Positions 35,756 through 38,309 of a DNA stretch of 38,309 nt are shown here, one piece after another; position 1 is the first letter of the stretch; each line of letters starts with the position of its first letter. Source of the DNA: Pseudomonadota bacterium (GTDB lineage Bacteria > Bdellovibrionota_C > UBA2361). The notes under the pieces were generated by a model. That model was given only the letters and a program-made list of their open reading frames with translations, did not search any database and had not been told where the DNA came from. A program made the position numbers and the translations under genes. The DNA is taken from contig JBJOHD010000070.1 of NCBI GenBank assembly GCA_046047875.1, positions 1 through 38,309 of the forward strand, written 5' to 3'.

Positions 35756-37288
35756 TTAGGCGGGAATCTCCGCCCGGGGGAATAACGGTGCCGGTTTTTC
35801 GAGCCGCAGCCCCGCGGGCAGGGCGCCGAATCGGGCGGCATCTTCGAACGTTGCAGGCGCCGAGATTCCCAGAGAACCGAGCAGTGCCGCCATCTTCGTC
35901 GGCATCACCGGGGTGAGGAGCACCGCAGCGATCCGGACGTTCTCGAGTGCCGCGTATAAGCTCTCACCAGCGAGCGGAAGGTTTTCTTTCGCGGTTTTCC
36001 AGGGAGCGATCACGTCGAGGTACTTGTTCGTCGCATTCAACAGATCGATCACTCCGCCGATTGCGCCCGCGATGTCGAGCTCCCCGATCCGCTCGCGCAC
36101 CACTGCGGGGGTCTTTCGCGCAAGCGCCTCAAGCTCTCCGGTGGCCGGGTGGGTTGCAGCTCTCTCCGGGAGAGCTCCGTTGAAGTACTTTATGACGAGG
36201 TTCACCGAGCGGCTAAAAAGGTTCCCCAGATTGTTGGCGAGCTCCGCGTTAACCCGATTGACCAGGATCTCTGGGGAGAACTGAGCGTCGTTGCCGAGTT
36301 GAATCTCCCGACAAAGGAAATATCTGAGCGCGTCGACACCCACCGATTCGCGCATTGAGAGCGGATCGACGACCGGGCCCTCCGACTTGCTCATTTTGCC
36401 GCCGAGGGCATTGAGCCACCACCCGTGGGCGAAGATCATCTTTGGCAGAGGCATCCCGAGCGCCATCAGCATCGTCGGCCAATACACGGTGTGGGTGATG
36501 AGGATGTCTTTGCCGATAAGGTGGATCGCCTCCTTCCAGTAACGATCGAAGTTCGCCTGTCTTTCCGGACCCTGCCCGTAGCCCAGCGCGGAGACGTAAT
36601 TTAGAAGAGCGTCGAACCAGACGTAGGTGACGTAGTCTTTGTCGAACGGGATCTCGATACCCCAGCTCAAGCGGCTTTTGGGCCGGCTGATACACAGATC
36701 GCCGAGCGGCTGCTGAAGAAATCCGAGTACCTCAGAGCGCTTCCCCGCGGGCTGGATAAAGTCCGGATTTTTGTTGATGTAATCGATGAGCTGCTGCTGA
36801 TACTTCGACATCCGGAAGAAATAGTTCCGTTCGGTGATCTTCTGCACCTCTTTGCCTGCGGGGCTCCTGCCATCGACGAGGTCCTTCTCCGTGTAAAAGA
36901 TCTCCTCGCTTACCGAGTACCATCCTTCGTAATCCTGGGCGTAGATCTCGCCCCGATCAAAAAGATCTTGGAGACACCGCTGTACGACCTCGCGGTGAAA
37001 CGGAAAGGTCGTCCGCATAAAGATATCGGGGGCGATATCGAGGTCCTGCCACGCCTTTTCAAAACCGAGCATCATCTCGTCGCAGTGCGCTTGCGGATCG
37101 AGCCCCCGGGCTTTGGCGGCGCTTTGCACCTTTTGCCCGTGCTCGTCGGTACCGGTGAGCATCACGACCGAATCCCCCCACAGCCGGTGATATCGGGCGA
37201 GTACATCTGCAAGGATGGTGGTATACGCATGGCCGATGTGCGGCGTAGCGTTGACGTAATAGATCGGAGTTGTGACGTAAAAGTTCAT
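35756..37288 (-). CDS. metG: Methionine--tRNA ligase (short form)
   Basis: HIGH motif (PHIGHAYT), KMSKS motif (GKMSKSEG) and the overall class I MetRS pattern. Confidence 0.95.
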   Translation of the reverse strand: MNFYVTTPIYYVNATPHIGHAYTTILADVLARYHRLWGDSVVMLTGTDEHGQKVQSAAKARGLDPQAHCDEMMLGFEKAWQDLDIAPDIFMRTTFPFHREVVQRCLQDLFDRGEIYAQDYEGWYSVSEEIFYTEKDLVDGRSPAGKEVQKITERNYFFRMSKYQQQLIDYINKNPDFIQPAGKRSEVLGFLQQPLGDLCISRPKSRLSWGIEIPFDKDYVTYVWFDALLNYVSALGYGQGPERQANFDRYWKEAIHLIGKDILITHTVYWPTMLMALGMPLPKMIFAHGWWLNALGGKMSKSEGPVVDPLSMRESVGVDALRYFLCREIQLGNDAQFSPEILVNRVNAELANNLGNLFSRSVNLVIKYFNGALPERAATHPATGELEALARKTPAVVRERIGELDIAGAIGGVIDLLNATNKYLDVIAPWKTAKENLPLAGESLYAALENVRIAAVLLTPVMPTKMAALLGSLGISAPATFEDAARFGALPAGLRLEKPAPLFPRAEIPA

Positions 37289-37303
37289 ATCGTTCGCCGT
37301 GGA

Positions 37304-38308
37304 CTACTTCATCATCTTGAAAAGGCTGCCGAGTCCGCCGCCCCCCATACCCTTCATGAGCCCACCCAAGCCCATGCGGGAAAGGTTGCCCATCATCTTC
37401 TTCATCTCAGTGAATTGCTTGAGGAGCCGATTGATCTCCTCGACGGTGGTCCCTGATCCCCGCGAGATCCGCTTGCGCCGCGACCCATTGATGATCGCTG
37501 GATTCCGCCGCTCGGTCGGGGTCATGGAGAGTATAATCGCCTCGATCCGCTTCATCTCCCGCTCGGCGGCCTCCGAGTCGATGTTCTTCGCCATCTTGTT
37601 GAGCCCCGGGATCATCGCGGTGAGCGATGAGATGCTCCCCATGCGCTTGATCATTCGCATCTGCTGGAGAAAATCCTCGAGGTCGAAGGTATTTTTTTTA
37701 AACTTCTTGTGGAGTTCAAGGGAGTCTTCGAGGGACACCTCTTTCGACGCTTTCTCGATGAGGGAGAGAACGTCACCCATCCCGAGGATTCGGGAGGCCA
37801 TCCGCTCCGGATGAAAAACTTCGAGCCCCTCAAGCTTTTCCCCGGTACCGATAAACTTGATCGGACGCCCAGTGACCGCACGCATCGAGAGCGCCGCACC
37901 ACCCCGGGCATCGCCGTCGAGTTTTGTGAGGATAAGCCCATCGATCTCAAGTGCCTTATCGAAGCCTTGGGCGACGTTCACCGCCTCTTGCCCGGTCATA
38001 CCGTCGGCGACGAGCAGGATCTCGTGCGGTTGCACCGCGTCGGAGATCTCGCAGAGCTCGTTCATAAGCTCGGTGTCGATCTGGAGCCGTCCCGCGGTGT
38101 CGATGATGACCGCATCGAATCCTTTCCCCGCAGCCGCTTCGACAGCTCGTTGAGCGATGTCGACCGGATCTTGGTCCGCGCTCGACTCGAACACAGGGAG
38201 ATCAAGCTGGCGGCCGAGGGTTTTTAACTGCTCGATCGCCGCCGGGCGGTAGACGTCAGCGGGAACGAGGAGGGGGCGCCGCTTCAACTCGTCGCGCAGA
38301 TACCGTCC
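37304..38308 (-). CDS. ffh: Signal recognition particle protein Ffh (5' end lies outside the window)
   Basis: The frame stays open to the window edge (…GRYLRDELKRRPLLVPADVYRPAAIEQL). DTAGRL G-domain motif, Met-rich M domain and C-terminal GGLMKGMGGGG tail. Confidence 0.95.
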   Translation of the reverse strand, partial: GRYLRDELKRRPLLVPADVYRPAAIEQLKTLGRQLDLPVFESSADQDPVDIAQRAVEAAAGKGFDAVIIDTAGRLQIDTELMNELCEISDAVQPHEILLVADGMTGQEAVNVAQGFDKALEIDGLILTKLDGDARGGAALSMRAVTGRPIKFIGTGEKLEGLEVFHPERMASRILGMGDVLSLIEKASKEVSLEDSLELHKKFKKNTFDLEDFLQQMRMIKRMGSISSLTAMIPGLNKMAKNIDSEAAEREMKRIEAIILSMTPTERRNPAIINGSRRKRISRGSGTTVEEINRLLKQFTEMKKMMGNLSRMGLGGLMKGMGGGGLGSLFKMMK

Positions 38309-38309
38309 G

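Noticed and set aside
1-38309. Mobile element, prophage, defence island or CRISPR interpretation of the window.
   Set aside because: I saw no integrase, transposase, recombinase, reverse transcriptase, nuclease-helicase pair, toxin-antitoxin-like pair, terminal inverted repeats or spaced direct-repeat array. Housekeeping genes (ffh, metG, rpsP, trmD, glpK, pst) are spread across the whole window.

Overview
GC-rich chromosomal segment from a bacterium with a Gram-negative-type envelope (AsmA, BON, LemA, ArnT-like GT39, many lipobox lipoproteins). I call about 43 protein-coding genes. I could not recognise any rRNA, tRNA, CRISPR array, transposase, integrase or phage gene, so this looks like core genome, not a mobile island. 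All family calls come from reading motifs in the supplied translations; no homology search was run. Left to right: (1) a FAD-oxidoreductase / DUF1365 / CFA-synthase-like lipid-modification trio (2-2440). (2) Two small secreted proteins. (3) A divergent HDAC-family deacetylase / SpeG-like acetyltransferase pair with a repeat-rich control region. (4) ridA. (5) A 10.7 kb co-directional array, phoB-phoR-pstB-pstS-pstC-pstA-phoU, followed without a break by an SDR/DUF2867 protein, a GT39 glycosyltransferase and uppP. (6) rpsP-trmD plus a predicted RNA methyltransferase. (7) nfo. (8) An envelope block: BON protein, AsmA-like protein, a small Ala-rich secreted protein and a DUF4397 lipoprotein. (9) A membrane-anchored protein whose N-terminal half looks like an ABC ATPase with every catalytic motif degenerate. 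(10) A tight LemA-TPM-TPM-LOG operon. (11) A GNAT gene and glpK. (12) A run of orphan small envelope proteins, including a very Arg-rich repeat protein just downstream of ffh-metG. The most interesting candidates for undescribed biology are the degenerate ABC-fold membrane protein (25583-26872), the LOG gene translationally coupled to the LemA-TPM-TPM operon (27764-30508), the secreted Arg-rich [LI][FY]G-repeat protein (34877-35632), and a probable Cys-rich mini-lipoprotein gene in the 393 bp gap upstream of nfo (20204-20473).
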